From Octopus vulgaris (lineage: Eukaryota): a stretch of DNA of 64,000 bases. The stretch lies in contig OX597820.1 of NCBI GenBank assembly GCA_951406725.2, positions 41,478,001-41,542,000 on the forward strand, given 5' to 3'. How positions within the stretch are numbered: the first letter of the stretch is position 1; each line of letters starts with the position of its first letter. Made by a program: the position numbers and the translations under genes. This document shows positions 27,591 to 44,297 of this stretch, piece after piece. Below the pieces are notes generated by a model. That model searched no databases. It had not been told where the DNA came from and was given only the letters and a program-made list of their open reading frames with translations.

Positions 27591-28919
27591 GAATCTAAGC
27601 AAGGACAATTAAAGAAGACACAGTGAGAAGAAAGTAGAAAGAAGGGAAATATTTCTCTCCTGAAACGAATAATACTAGCAGCAAAACTATAACAAAAGAA
27701 TCCTTCTTATCATCATCATCATCATCATTAACAACAACAATAACATCAACAACAACAAAAATTAAACACATGCTCGCTGCTTCTGCAACAGTGCCAATAC
27801 TATCCAAGAACAAATGTTATGAGCAGCATCAGATGGCAGGCAGCTAAAGCAGCAGCAGTAGCAACAATAACGTGCGCTAAAAGAGCAAAAATAACTTTTC
27901 ATATCAACGTCAACAAAGACAGCAACTAAAACCTAAAAACAAAAACATCAGCTAAAATAATAATAATAATAATAATAATGAAATAGTTAAAACAACAAGA
28001 GCAACTGTTACAAATAAAGCAAAAAGAACAAAACAAAACACTATAACTTTATGAGCAGCAGCAGGAAGAACTAAGCCAAAGGAGAACAATAAGAGAAATC
28101 CCGCTAAAGATTCTTCCAAAACAACATGAAACTAGTGGCAAAAATGACAGCAATCTCTCCAACAAGGCAGACAATTTCAAGTCAAGTAGTGGTAAGTGTG
28201 CACTAAAAACACCTGCTTCACAGTCATAAGAAAGAATTGCATTCAGCTGCTGTCCTCAACCTCTTAGACAGAATCCACTTAGAATTCCTGTAATCCGTAA
28301 TGATTTATTGCTGTGTATATCTAATTATATTCTTTTATTATTTTACTTGTTTCAGTCATTGGATTGCGACCATGCTAGAGTACTGTGCTTTCGGGGTTTT
28401 TTCTGTCTTTGTTTGTTTGTTTTTTAAAGTCTATTACAGTGATGCTTATGTTTTTAGTCTCGAACTGATATTTTTTCTATAGTTTATAATTTACTGATTC
28501 GCTGAGTTACAATTTTCAGTGAACATTAGACCCTGTTTTCAGCCTCTGGTTATTTTGTGAAATATATAAACACATATACACACGTACATACACACACACA
28601 CGCACACATACACATACGCACATAAAAAACACACACGCACACACGTACACACACACATTCATCACATTTATTACATTCGTACATGATTGAATGAATGTAT
28701 GTATTTACGGATATACATATATTCATACATACGTATATGTGTTTGCATGCTTGTTTCTCTATGTATGTGCGTACACAAGTATGTGTGCTTGTATGACGGT
28801 TTTATGTCTATAGATTTTCACAAATAACGTATTGGTCAGTCTTGGGCGCTGTAGTAGAAGGCACTTGTCCAACATACTGAACACTAGAAACGAGTAGAAA
28901 AGGACGGTGTTGTGATGCT

Positions 28920-29049
28920 TCTCTCTTTCTCTCTATCTCTCCCCTCTCTCGTCTCTTTCTCTCTATCTCTCCCCTCTCTCGTCTCTTTCTCTCTATCTCT
29001 CCCCTCTCTCGTCTCTTTCTCTCTATCTCTCCCCTCTCACGTCTCTTTC
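28920..29049. repeat. Minisatellite, 30-bp unit x4 (ctctttctctctatctctcccctctctcgt)
   Basis: Directly visible. Confidence 0.95.
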
Positions 29050-30088
29050 ACTCTGTTACAAGCACACAAGCGGTGCATATTTATTGATAACAGTATCTTG
29101 GTATAGGAACACACCAATTCTTAAACTATGCAGTATTATTTTCCTTTATTCAAATTCTCTAAAAATGAAAAGCTAGAATTAAAAAAGTGGCAAAAAAAAA
29201 TTACTAGATTCATTCTGCGATAGACTAGTGCCAAAATTTAGAGAATTCTTGTAAATTAGTTGCCTTGCAGATAGAAATTGCACAATTCTAAATATGGGAC
29301 TTGCTCCATAAATAGGAATTCTAAATTCTCAATCACCGCAGAACTATTTCTCACAGTTACTAGTTAACACATGCATTAATATACAAGTCTAATTATCTAT
29401 GTATGTGTGAATAAAAAAAAAAAATGTATATCTACTTCTTTAGATTCATGATTGCCTAAGACAGATATTGCAATTGTTCGTTTTCGATATTTATATATGC
29501 TTCTTTATAGGCATGGGTAGAGATCTTTTGTAGGTACATATATTTGTGTATACAAACGCACACACACACACATACACATGCACACGCGCGGGCGTACAGA
29601 CGCATTCATACATGCACAGGCACACGTCAGCACATAAACGTATAGACACAGATATACATATGTATGCCTGTGTGTGTTAGTGCGTGCATGTCAAGGTGCT
29701 TATATAAACATATAGGTTTATATGTTCATGACACGCATACCTACACTCATATATGTATATGAAGAGAATGCATGTGTTTATTTTTATATATTTATCTCAT
29801 AGAAACAGTATTCCAGGAGTTAAGAAGCATTCCATTTTAATGTGGATGCTTTGACTAATTTTCAGTCAATTCTGTCCACATTTTTTCTGTGTGTGTGTGT
29901 GTTTGTGCTTGTGTGTCTGTGTGTGAGTGTGTGTCTGCGTGTATGCGCGTGTGCGTGTTTGTGTGTAATTTTGTATGCGTGTATGTATATTCGTAATGTA
30001 TAATTGAAATATTCTTTGGCAAATGTTCTCTGCCGTGAATTTATAACGGCTGATAGATAAATAGATACGTACATATGTATATATACAA

Positions 30089-30166
<78 letters not shown>

Positions 30167-32308
30167 GTGTATATATATAAACAAACATATATATATATAT
30201 ATATATATATATAAACATATATATATACACATATATATACACATAGAAATAGAAATATATATATATATATACATACATATATACATACATGATGATATGA
30301 CTTTTATCACTCTATCGGAAATTGATATCATATACACAGCCAGTTAAAGGTAAGGAAAATTACCTAGAATACTGCCAGCTGGACGAAGAGATCCACGGTC
30401 TTTTCAAGTAATGGACTTTTTACAGTCTAAAGGCTACGCAATTTAGCGGACTATATAGCTCTGTACTTAATTTGCTGTTCCTGAAAATTTAATGTCAAAA
30501 TCGATGTTGGCGGTAATTGAACTCAGGATATAAAAGAATATAGATAAATATACTAAACTAAATTTAGTATTGCATTTTCTCCCATTTTCAATTCACTATA
30601 TTCTAGAAATTATACAGAAAATTTTTATACAGATTAGCTACAAGTTCGGTTTAAATAAGTACAAAAAGCTGATGTATCTTTTGCTCATGTCTGTTAATAA
30701 AAGCATTATTTTCCTCTCTTTACGTTTCTGCAAGGTTTCCATATATTCTGAGAAAAGCAATCTTGAATGTCTTGTCCAAAATATACTGATATACTTAGAT
30801 GGATAAAGCTTCAGATTTTAAGAAGTTAACTACGAAACATTCATACCCTTTCTGTATATTAGGAATTTACTATAAAGCTGATGTATCACTTGCTCAGAAT
30901 ATTATTTCTAGATTACAACGCACTCCACAAATAGGATAGCCATTTCTTTGTGTTGCGATTGCCTGTATCCACTGCGATTGAAACCGTGTAACGAGCTAGA
31001 TCACTGTGAAGACAATTTTAACCATACGGTACTCATCAGATTTACAATGTAGCATATTATAGACAAATAAGTTCGTTATTTGCATAATTGCAGGAACAAA
31101 CAGAGGATATTTATGAGGTCACTATAAAATTACCATTTATTCATTTATAAACACTACTTCCAGATGTTTAGAATCTCATCAACCGTGCTCGTTTGTTAAT
31201 ATTAGCATTTGAAAGTTGTTACTGTGTTTGAGCAACCTATTTGAGAAGGCAGTGTTTCTAAAATTTGGAAATATATTAATTAACTAAACAGAATTTGAAA
31301 TGCTAATGATTCAAGTCTTGGCTTTTCAGACTAACAAAGTATCTGTTGATATTTGTGAATCTTAGATGTTATCAATCTAATAGGTTAAATGTTAGAAATG
31401 AAAGAAAATTAACAAAAATGAAAGAAATTAAAAAAAACTAATATTAGAGCTAATCAAATATAATCATTATAATTCTAGAAGTCTCGTGCTAGTCTACATA
31501 TATAAGAGCCAGTTAATTTAAAATAAAATTCGCACTTCTTGCGTCTATGTGATTGTGATAATATTGCTTGTAGTTGGCCGAGAAGATCAAATATCGTTTA
31601 ATTGTTCATATGGTTGTGTGTTTTTATCTTATTTTTTTAATAGTAGTATCAGTAGCATGGTATTTACCTTCAACTGTCCCAAGTCATTTAGGCCATTTTA
31701 TCGGGATTAGATATCGCGGGGAGCAGACAGTGTTCAACTCTAGTACTACGCTATACATCCAATGAATGTGTTTCGCGTTGGAGGCTCACTTCACTAATGT
31801 AACCAGCAGGAACACTTGATAATTAACGAATGTTTCGTTTTATCCAGTGTTGAGTTGAACTCCATTGTTACAAGTCAGTAATTTTCAATCACCCGTTAAT
31901 GAATTCTTCTCTCGAAGAAAATTGATTCTGTAAAATTTGTTTTACATAAGTATTGATTAATTAGTTTGTTAATTCTGATCCAGTTTCACTAATAATGTTA
32001 CTCATTTATTACATTAATTAAGTATTCTGTATACACCTTAGAAATAACTATTCAGTCTTGAAGAAGGTAAATGGATGAGGCATTACATTACCAGAGTCAC
32101 CATGAGCTGTATGTTTTTCTCAGTTATAAGGTGTGTCTAAAAAGGAAATTCAATTCAACGCGCTTCATTACACATGCGGAGGAAAGGTACAACATCATTG
32201 AATGTTATTTCACTTCAGAAATATATATATACATCGGGATAACTCTAAATTGTTTATCCTTTACCGAGGACAAGTTAGATTTGGGGAGATAAAAATCATA
32301 AAGACCAC

Positions 32309-32398
<90 letters not shown>

Positions 32399-32558
32399 AC
32401 TTGTAACCTTGATAAATAATTTAAAAGAAATATCGAAACTAGAAAGTGGGACAGTATCACAAACGTAAAAAGGAAATTAAAGACAATTCGTGTTCTGCTT
32501 AAAATAGTCGAGACGTTTTCTATTTGATAAATAGTCCTGTGGTCAGAACACAAGCAGA

Positions 32559-32671
<113 letters not shown>

Positions 32672-34239
32672 AAATACTCCAAAATAGTTAAATACGTAAC
32701 AAAACGTGTCGAAATGTAACAAAATGATCTGCTAGAAATAACTGTCAAAATGCCCTCAAATCAGATCATAGTATCCTAAAAAGGAAGAGCACGTTAGATA
32801 ATGTAAGTCTTACATAGACTCTAAGAAAAAGACAAGATAGTCGTAGCTTTCGCGACTTTGATCATAACCTACTCAATAAGGTTTGACCTGAGGCTAAACA
32901 ATAAAATATACGGCGTAACGTAAACAATAAACAAGTGAATAAAATGAAGGAAGTAAAAGAAAAACAAAACGTTTAACTGCTTAAAAGACAGAGATAAAAT
33001 ACATAGTACATAAAAGATGAAATGTAAGTTAAACAACATTAAGAAGAGATGCAAAAAATATATTGAAGACAGACCCAAACATGTATACAAAAGAAATGGC
33101 AAAAGCTGTACTACATTAAATGATAGAAAACTACAAAAAGTAAGACAAGAAAGTACATTAACATAAGAAGAATGAAGTACAAAAAGAAAAAAAAAATGAA
33201 ACAAAAACATATATCAAAGGTAGACAACAAAGTACAGCACATTTATTATATTAATCATAACAAAATGGTCGATTCCATTAACATTTGATCTCGTATGTAT
33301 GAATGTATCTATGTATGTATCTACTTATGTATATATGCTTATATCTACGTTTATATTATCTAAGTATGCACATACCAACATACGTACATATGTATGTATG
33401 TATGGCGTATGCATGTATGTGTGTATGTATATATGTATGCATGCAATGTATGTATGTATTCATGTATGCATCGTAAGATAGACAGATATAAATACATGCT
33501 TAAATACAGACATATATACACATACACGCGTATTTATATATATATATATATATTAATATATACATATATATGTATATACACACACACAGACACACACATA
33601 TATCAAAAGAAAAGCTTTGACAATGATTTCCTTGTTTTGTCTGACGAAGCCAACGATAGAGGTTACTTCGAAGATACTCTCAACATTTTCCTTGAAAAAT
33701 ATAAGTGATATTCTATTGAAATATATTGAACGATGTTTTAAATATTGTTTTGCTAGTCCTCTATATTTATATATACATGAACGTCTGTGTGAACAAAATA
33801 TGTGTGTATATATAGATATAATAAATATACATAGACACACGGATGCACCTACACATGAACACATATACACACGCGCGCGCGTGCACACACACGCATACAC
33901 ATACACACCGCACAAACACACAGAGGCACATACACACACGCCCACATAAACTGCAAACAGTTTCCTTTCAAATATGCTATAACTAAGACAGCACTGTTCG
34001 AGTTTAAACTTTCCTTACTAATGTTTTTCTATCACTTTTTCTATCACGTTAGGCCTTGGCAAACACACACCCATACGTACGCACACTCACGCACGCATAC
34101 ACGCTCGTACACACACATATACATACATGCGCACATGAAGACATTCATGCATGCATCCATCCACCCATAGATACATACATACATACATATATATGTAGGA
34201 AGAGAGAGACATGTATTCGTGTAAGTGTAAATATATATG

Positions 34240-34271
<32 letters not shown>

Positions 34272-34569
34272 TATGGAGGGAGAGAGACACAGAGAGAGAG
34301 GGGGAGAGAAAGGGAGAGAGAAAAAGGGAAAGTAAGTGAGAGCTAGATGTTCGAAAACGTTGATGTATGAATGAAGATTTCATTTCGTTCATATGTGTCG
34401 CTGGTCAGAATGGAGGATTCTTTGTTTCATTATTGGAGTAATCGCAAAAAGTTTCTATGGAAGTGATGCTTGAATTTTATCGAAAGGTGTATATTGAATT
34501 GTGATATAGAGATAAAGTCAAAAGTTTTGCTCCGGAGATTTTGTTGTCGATTAAGTTACTATCTATGAC

Positions 34570-34740
34570 CAGCACCATCTTAAGGCACTGGCACACGGGG
34601 CAGTTGCCCGAGAGCTGCACGGCTATAGAGACTCCATTCCAATCTAAATTTGCTGGGGCTTGCTGTCAGTATATAAATTCTATAGAGCTCAGTGCACCGA
34701 TTTGTCCAGGGCCCTATAATGCACCGATTTGTCGGCACTG
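34570..34740. mobile_element. Possible hAT-type MITE (old)
   Basis: Ends cagcaccatc / revcomp cagtgccgac. Flanking 8-mers tctatgac and tctaagtc match at 6/8. Confidence 0.45.
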
Positions 34741-35334
34741 TCTAAGTCCCACTTAATTTGGCGACTTCCGAATGACGAAACGTAATTCTGGATGTGTTAG
34801 TGTTATTTAATCTTGCCGTTGTTGCCCTCAATCGTAGAAATTTCATGGAAAATAATGGTTAAATTTCTTCAGGTTTTGTCATAAGAGCAAAAACAAAGCC
34901 CTAAGTTTTTTTCAAGCATCCCGATGTTGTAGGAGAAAATGATCCTCAGATCCGTGGCCAAGCCCGAATACATTATAAGCAAGTAGTACCGTGAAAACCG
35001 TCCGAGTGTCAAGTATTGGTGCTAAGCTGAGCGGACAATTATGTATAACGCACACGATTTTTAGTTTTGAGTTCAAGCAAGATAGTAACCAGGAGTAATC
35101 ATCAAATCTTACTTAAAGAAGATTTGACAATAAGCAACACAATCATTTCAATAAGCAACGGTTGTTTCAATCTGCTGAACCGGCCTAAAAGCCATGACAA
35201 GTGATATCCACCTCGAAAGGCGAAAGAGAAAGAATGAGAGAGCGGAAGAGAAAACAACAGATAATGATAGAGGGACAAGAACAGGATGAGCGAACTGGTC
35301 AATTCGTGAATGATGAATTCATTTCGTTCTAATG

Positions 35335-35667
35335 CAGAGGTTCTCAAATTTTTGGGCCACCGCCCTCCACCCTCATGGCCACATAATTCCCCAGCACCCT
35401 CATCCCTATTTCTATGTATAGATAAATATCTTATGTTACTAATTTATATATACTATGAATCATTTGTTATTTAATATAATATTATTTGTATGCTATACTA
35501 TGATAATGTATAGTTTGTAAGCAATACTATAATAATATCATGATAAATTCATAGCAACCCCAATCCACTGACTTCTTCCCAACACCTTTTTCTCTTAGGC
35601 ACCAGTGCCCACCTGTACCGTGTCACCGCCCACCTGGGGACGGTAGCACCCACTTTGAGAACCTATG
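35335..35667. mobile_element. hAT (Charlie-like) MITE
   Basis: TIRs cagaggttctcaaa / tttgagaacctatg. Perfect 8-bp TSD ttctaatg at 35327-35334 and 35668-35675. Confidence 0.88.
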
Positions 35668-35705
35668 TTCTAATGTTCCCAGGTAGAAATTTTTTTTTTT
35701 TAATA

Positions 35706-36126
35706 GGCGCAGGAGTGGCTGTGTGGTAAGTAGCTTGCTTACCAACCACATGGTTCCGGGTTCAGTCCCACTGCGTGGCACCTTGGGCAAGTGTCTTCTA
35801 CTATAGCCCCGGGTCGACCAATGCCTTGTGAGTGGATTTGGTAGACGGAAACTGAAAGAAGCCTGTCGTATATATGTATATATATATATATGTGTGTGCG
35901 TATATGTTTGTGTGTCTGTGTTTGTCCCCCTAACATTGCTTGACAACCGATGCTGGTGTGTTTATGTCCCCGTCACTTAGTGGTTCGGCAAAAGAGACCG
36001 ATAGAATAAGTACTGGGCTTACTAAAGAATAAGTCCTGGGGTCGAGTTGTTCGATTAAAGGCGGTGCTCCAGCATGGCCGCAGTCAAATGACTGAAACAA
36101 GTAAAAGAGTAAAAGAGAGTAAAGAG
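35706..36126 (+). mobile_element. tRNA-derived SINE, family A (full length)
   Basis: A box tggctgtgtgg, B box ggttcagtccc, CORE-like ccttgggcaagt, internal (TA)/(TG) tract and gtaaaaga tail repeats. Near-identical to 53479-53881 and 59018-59425. Confidence 0.95.
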
Positions 36127-36760
36127 TATATATATATATATATATATATTGAGTTTTATTCCTGCTCCTGAACATGTATTTAGTGATTCCCTGAGTCTTG
36201 CTTTGGCAAGAACGCTGGAGTTTAATACGCAGTTTAATACTTCAGTCGTTGTCTCTCGTACCTGTTGACATGATTTGAATAATATTAAGAATAGAGATAA
36301 TGTTATCGTTTTTCCTGACCGCTTAATTATTTTGATAACGTTCATTTTTTTTTTTCATGTTCGTTGTATTAACTATATTCGCAGTTATTTAACTAAATAT
36401 AGCATGACATTTTAACTCGCATTCTAATGTCTGACACAAGCAGTACTCGTGACTTTTTAAAGTAATTTGTACTGGTACACTGTCTGAATACTGGTATGAA
36501 GGTTAAAGCGATATTAAAAACAATCTTAAATAGCCACTCCCTTTCCAGCTTTCTTCCTTTCTTTAATACTTTCACCACCCACCCCATCCAACTCTCCATC
36601 TGCCTGCTTGTTGCTAACTTACAAATCAATTTACCTGTATATCTTCACCAGTCTGTATAGCTACACTCGCACACTCATCTATTTATATACATATATATAT
36701 ATATACACGCACACACACATACGTATACACATATATATGTCTATATCTATCTACCTACCA

Positions 36761-36870
36761 CTCGCCATGATAGATCGCTAGCCACTAAACCTTTTCTATT
36801 TTCTCTCCCTATTTATTTGTGTACCTTTCTGTCGAAGAGCGTAGGCTCGAAACGTAAAAGACTTTCTTAC
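36761..36870 (+). mobile_element. PLE-like terminal repeat with hammerhead-like motif at 36825-36860
   Basis: cttt CTGTCGA a gagc gtag gctc GAAACGTA aaag. Homologous to the copies at 3930 and 52791, and followed by (TA)n. Confidence 0.65.
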
Positions 36871-36878
36871 TTAGTTGT

Positions 36879-36948
<70 letters not shown>

Positions 36949-37108
36949 TATATGTATATGTTGTATGTATGTGTATATATTTCTTGTTTATCCATTACTT
37001 TATACATCTATGCTCTTTCTCTCCTTCTCCCTCTCCCTATATGTATGCATATATATATATGTATGTATGTATGTATATATATGCATGCATATATATATAT
37101 ATGTGTGT

Positions 37109-37139
<31 letters not shown>

Positions 37140-37166
37140 CCTTTAGCCATTAATTTTTCTTTCCAT

Positions 37167-37239
<73 letters not shown>

Positions 37240-38029
37240 CATCCATCTACCTACCACTCTCCTATCAGTGCCAATTGCCCAAATCACCATCTAAATTTGC
37301 ATTGTTTCGATTATTTTAGAGACAATTGTAAATTACAGGCGATATTTCTTCGATGTTTCTGTAGAATTGAATCGTGGAATCACTGGCGGCAAGAACAATT
37401 TCCATGTACATTGTTAAAGATGTCTTACTTTTTCTCTTTTTTCTTTCCTTCTTTCTTTTTTCCTGCTTTTGTTTATTCATTTTCCTTTTTATTAATATCT
37501 ACTGCAAGAACTTTTATTTCGCTATTTTTCTGATAGCATTTTATTTGTTGTTATTTTCGTTAATTTGATTATTTATTTGTTTGTTTGTTTGTTTGCTTGT
37601 TTGGTTTGGTTTGTTGGTTGGTTCGTTCATCGCTTCCTATTTTTCATCTTTGTTTTGTCGTCCCGTTCTGTTACTACTTTCGCCGATATATATTTTTAAG
37701 TGACGACGACAACGACGGCGATGATGCGCTCGAGGACGAGAATGAAGATGCTGTTGTTTTTGTTGTTGTTGTTGTTGTTTTTGATGATGATGATGATGAT
37801 GATAATGATGATGATGATGATACTGTTGCGGTAATGAATGGAAAAGGATAACAATTTCTTTTTTTTAAATCAGGAATGAAAAATGAATGAATTAGTCAGT
37901 GAATTGCTTGGAGAATCGGAGAGTGAGTAAATAACGGAAAGAGAGAGAGGGTTATAGAAAATAAATAAAAGAAATAAAAGAAAGAAGGAATGAAAGAAAG
38001 AAAGATAGGAAGGAAGAAAGAAAGAAAGA

Positions 38030-38275
<246 letters not shown>

Positions 38276-39500
38276 AAGACGAATAGGGGTATAGAGAATA
38301 AAATTAGACGGGTACAGAGAGAAGTTGATAAGTAATGGGAAAGAGAAAATAAAGTTAGGGAAATGTGTATTATGAAGAGACAGGCAGAAGTAGATTGGCA
38401 AGAAATAAATATTCAAGTTATTGGGATAGACTAAATAATGAAGAGGGATATAGATTAGAAATGATTGGTGGATGATACCGAGACAGGTATTCTGCATGAG
38501 AAATGATACCCCGTGGGACATCCTGAAGATTTGACCTATCTTAAGTCGTTACGGCGATCAGGATTTATTTACTCAATCTTTATATATCACTTAGTCATTT
38601 AAGCCTTACAAATCGTAGTTAGATATTGCTTCGTTGAGCGGCCCACGTAAACGAAAATTGCATGGAGTTGTCAATCATACTAGTCACAAACACACTGTGT
38701 GCCCTCCATTTAAATTTTTAATTAATTTTAATTAATTTCAAAGTTGTCTCCCGTGCGTTTTATGGCTAGAATTAATCATTAAATTAGTATTTTTTTTTCT
38801 ACTCACAGTAGGTGTAATTTTCATTAATTAAAATGTTTTTGGCTGATCACTTTATGTTTGTTATCAGCCACTAAAACTATTTGATCAGACTAACAGAATC
38901 TGGATATTAAATTTAATGGGAGTGTTTCTTTGGAAAAGAGATGAAGAGTGAGACAAATGTAGATATAAAGAAACAAGAAGGTTGTGTGACACATGATGAA
39001 AAACAAATAACAAGGAGAAATGCCGAAGGAATGTGAGTGAGAAATACAGGTAAAAGCAGATATCGTAAGAGAAACAACGGATATAAGTAAAACCAAAAAA
39101 TGCTCATAAAGCGATCACAGCATGTTTACTTAAGTATCTCTTATTTCAATTAACATTAAAACATTTTAATTCGAGTGTTCTTGATTTAATTTTACAATAT
39201 TTATTGTAAGCATATAAGAAAAAACTTTAATGTACTATTTTTTTCTATTCAGAAACACTCCCGAGTTATGTATCCATTCTACCATTAATTAATTAATATT
39301 TTTTTTCCCAAAGCTATCCGAGTACCATTCTTGCTAACTCATTTACTAATGATATCGCTTTCTCAGTTATTCATAGAGCGACGTCCTTTTTTGGTGTGTT
39401 TGCAACAACTTTAAATAAAATAGTTTTGTAACATAGCACTTCTGGACATCTGCTGTTATGAAATATACAAAAGTCTGCCACTGTCAACCAACCAATCACT

Positions 39501-39557
<57 letters not shown>

Positions 39558-40273
39558 TATGTTAGTGTGTGTATGTGCATGTGTGCGCTTTCACGCGCAC
39601 GTGTATTATATTATATTATTACAGATTTTATTATTAAAAATTTTGACTTCGATTACTAATTCAAAGGTTTCATGACATGATTAAAATAATCTCTCCTTTG
39701 GCAGTGACATACTCTCCTATATCACATTCTGCCTCCCTATCCAGTCTTCTATTGATATCAGTCTTCCCCACCTTTATTCAGCATGCCACTAGATTCAGAG
39801 AGGAGGATAGAAAATGGACACTTGCCCGAGTCTAGAGAGGGATCGTTATTTTGTGGGGTCTCTACGAACAGCACTTGGAAGTCACACCGTTTTAAAAATT
39901 TGTTTCTTTGCTTCTGTACTTCAACCGTTTCAATGCTTACATGTAGCCCTCACATTGTATTGCATTGTATTGTATTGTAGTCGCTCAGTACCGTCATCAG
40001 TTGCTGTTATTATTATTATTATTATTATTGCTGTTGTTGTTGTTATTTATGTAGTTTTCTCTTTCACTGACCTCCCTTTATCATTTGTTTGCCAATAAAG
40101 AGCACACGAATAACTCAAACACGAAGCGATAGATTCAATACCTACATACATATCCACTCATATATGTATGCATGTATGTATCTGTACGTAAGCGTATATG
40201 ATAGTATATACGTATAATGTATATGTGTGTATATATGTGTATGTGTATTTGTGTGTATAAATATATATATGTA

Positions 40274-40350
<77 letters not shown>

Positions 40351-40943
40351 ATATCTTCGTGTGATGTGTACGTATTTGTGTGCGCATCCAAGTGCGTACA
40401 TTATTGCCCTTTGTGTATACGAGTTTTGCGTGCGAGTGTATGTACGCTTATATAAACACACATAAACACGCAACCATTTTCGTGTAGTCAGGTAAAAAGA
40501 CTCAAGTAATCAACGAAGCTAATATACACCACTGCATTCTTTCATATTTACGCTCGGCTATTTTTCATTGGCACACACGTTCACATCAAAAGCTTTAGAG
40601 ACACTTACGTGCGCATACACGGCAAGTTTAATAATACAAGAAGCTCCCCTCGAGATGTTCACACAATCTCCCATATAGATACGCGCGCGCACACACACGC
40701 ATTAACATCCAAAGAGGTACGCACACGCATGTGTGCACAAACTCAAACGTACATGTATACACGCATGCTCCCTTAATAACTACGTCCACAGGATCTCACC
40801 ACACTTTCCAATTAAGTCCCACACCAGCTAAGCGCTTCGGTTTTATTGGTGTTACTCCGCGAGAGAATGCAATCGAGTCTCTGTGTACGCGCTTCTGTCT
40901 GCATGTATGTGTGTGTTTGTGCGTCTGTCCGTATATATGTGCA

Positions 40944-40981
<38 letters not shown>

Positions 40982-41197
40982 ACACACAAATGAGTAGGGG
41001 AATAGGAGGAAGAAAGAGGTGGTGAATGAAAGAGTGAAAGGGAGGGAGATAAAGAAACAAGGAGACAGGTTCGTGTGTGTAAAGTAGGATGAAAGAAAAC
41101 TATCCCAGTATGTATGTAAAGAAGGAGCTGAGTGGGATGGAGAAAAAGTGAGAGGGAAACGTCCATAGATGAAGGGAGAGGGAAAAATAGCTAGATA

Positions 41198-41236
<39 letters not shown>

Positions 41237-41445
41237 ATATATATATATATATAGAAAATGAGAGAGTGAGAGAGAGAGAGACAGACAGAGACAGAGAGAA
41301 CAAGAAAGGGACAGAGAAAACAAGAAAGAGAATGAATGACAAAGTTTCTCGTGTGTAGTCATTATAGGGTTATAGGGGAAGTGAGTATGACCGAAAAAGG
41401 GTTGTATATATGGCTGTATCTGTATGTATGTCTGAGTATGTTTGC

Positions 41446-41507
<62 letters not shown>

Positions 41508-42677
41508 ACGAGAGAGAGGGAGAGAGAGAGAGAGAACGAGAGAGAAACAGAGAGAGCGCGAAGCAAACGTAGTGAGAAAGGGGATATAAATAGAAAGAGC
41601 AGAGGAGAAAGAGATTTCTATATTTTTGAGACGGAAAGGGTGACAAACGAAGTGTGACTCGCACTTGTGCGTGTAAGCCTGTGAATATATGCAAACGTGA
41701 GTATGCAAGTGTGTGTGCACACATGTATGGTTTTTGTTGCACTTGTGTACATATTAGTCTATATGTGTGTGTGTGCGATCATGATTGGAACGGTGGGAGA
41801 AGTATGAAAAAAAGTAAAATCCTTGATTATGTGACAGTGAAACGGTGTGAAAAAAAAAACAATAACAAGAACAATAAACTTATGTAAGGAATGGAAAATG
41901 GTAGGGTGGATTATAGAGGACGCGTGTGAAGATGTGAATGCGTGTCTGCACGTGTATTTCCTCGTGTGCAAGTATACATAAACGTGTATAGCTGTGAAAG
42001 AGAAAAGGGAGGAGAGAATGGAATAGAAAGTCTCTTGTGTATGCTAGTGAATTAGCGTGTGTCATTGTGTTTATGTGCATGCGTATGTGTGAGTGAGTGT
42101 GTGTGTATGTGTGCGCGAATTTGTGTGTGAATTTATGTCCTTGTGTATCTATGTGTATATTTCTGCTTGCATGTGAGTGAGGATGTATAATGGCGGCCAC
42201 GTTGGAGGTGTGTTACTCGCCATTATTGGTAAACTGGTTAGCGAAAGATTTGGCCACATGTGAGTTCTTTTGATGATGGTAATAGACCGTTGACTCACAT
42301 TAGTTCTATGTGCTTGCCTACAGGAGGCGCCACGAAATGCGAACGTACACACAAGAGAGATACATTTATGAGGAAGTGGAATTTAGAAATTTAAGACAGA
42401 ATTTTTCTATAGCCTTGCCGAAGCTTTGACAAAAATCTAATTGCAACGGGTTCGATTGTATTTAGAAACAATCTTTGTTTGCAAGCAGCTAGCATTGCAG
42501 GAACCGACCATTTCAAGTGTGGAACACTCAGATAGATCATGCCACTATAAAGACAGTCGAGGATACTGTAAATTGCTGGTCACTAGCATCAGAGAAGCCA
42601 TTGGCAATCGTTCGCTTGCATTTTATTTAATTTTCGCAGTTGCATACGTGCGTCTCTATATATACACATATACATAC

Positions 42678-42809
<132 letters not shown>

Positions 42810-42817
42810 GTGTGTGC

Positions 42818-42871
<54 letters not shown>

Positions 42872-43790
42872 GCACGTGTGAATTGTGCAGTTTCTTGTGT
42901 ATGTACTCAGCACATCGAGTCCACATATATGTGTATTGCACTATATTGATATACATATATACAGAACGTACGTATATATGTATAAATGTTGGTAGATTAG
43001 TATGTCGGCAAGTAGCTAGGTACGTAATGAGTCAGTATGTAAATTGATTGATTAATTTATCTAATGCCATATTAGAAAATCTCACGCTGTCTGTATAGCT
43101 GGCTGGATAGATAGCTGGATAGCTGGATATCTATTCATCTATATACTTTCTCTTCTGTTTTTATATATATTCCTACTTCACCATCTACCTGCTACACAGG
43201 TTTGCATAACACATGTGTATAAAATAGTTTAGAAGACAATTTCTGTTGATAATCACGACGAACAATCTAAGGATGTAAAGAGGAAATGATACACTTGAAT
43301 TTATCGTAAAAATATTGTTCACATCGTTTAACTATTTCTGAAAGCTAGGTGAAATGAGGTGTTAGAAACCTTACAGTAAATTTGATCTCAGAACAAATAG
43401 ATTGGCGATTTTATACCTTTTATAGCTTTATACCAATCCCTTTCCTTCTTACACTACGCTCATTTGCTAACATCATATATATATATATATATATATATGA
43501 TTTTACATATGCATACAAACACCGAAAGACATGCACACCTACAAATGAACATATATCAGTGTATAAGTTTGTGTATATACACATATTTTTAAGCAATGCA
43601 TATATACGCAGACATATATCTACAAATTTTAATATCGTTACAGTAATTCACACGTATGCATTCATTTGGGTTTCTACACGTTTATGCAATGATCGAATTA
43701 TCTTATCATCCATACATGATACTTATAGATATTTTCAAATTTATGCCATTCATTCATCCCGCCATACGCTCATCCATATTTCCACTCACC

Positions 43791-43850
<60 letters not shown>

Positions 43851-44006
43851 CATATCTATTCTACACCTGTTTATCAAATAATTTTATATCTCGAAGGTCA
43901 CTCCATCTGTATGATTGACATATACACAAATGCACACACATATTCACAAAAATATACACGTACTCACATATATCATATATATCATATATGTGTGTATGTG
44001 TGTATG

Positions 44007-44060
<54 letters not shown>

Positions 44061-44297
44061 TATATAGACATACATGTTTACATACATTTATGCGTGTGTA
44101 TATATATATATATATATAAAAATTAGAAAAAAATCCCACCTTTTATCAATTCAAAATGAACAATTAAATTACACCATCTAGAAAATTACATATAATAGAA
44201 ATAGTAAAATTAAAATAACAATAAAATGTCAATGATTAAGTTTGGATTTTATTTCCTCAAATAATAATTAATATATATATATATATATATATATATA

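Noticed and set aside
28920-29049. 30-bp repeat array as CRISPR-like (also 46940-47395)
   Set aside because: Units are contiguous with no unique spacers, there are no cas genes, and the context is eukaryotic.
33638-33680. CTGACGA...CGAAG motif
   Set aside because: GAAA is absent and the stems are inconsistent.
38515-38566. ctgaaga...gac/gtc...aggat hammerhead-like arrangement
   Set aside because: GAAA is replaced by GTTA and the putative stem I overlaps the core. Too degenerate to count.
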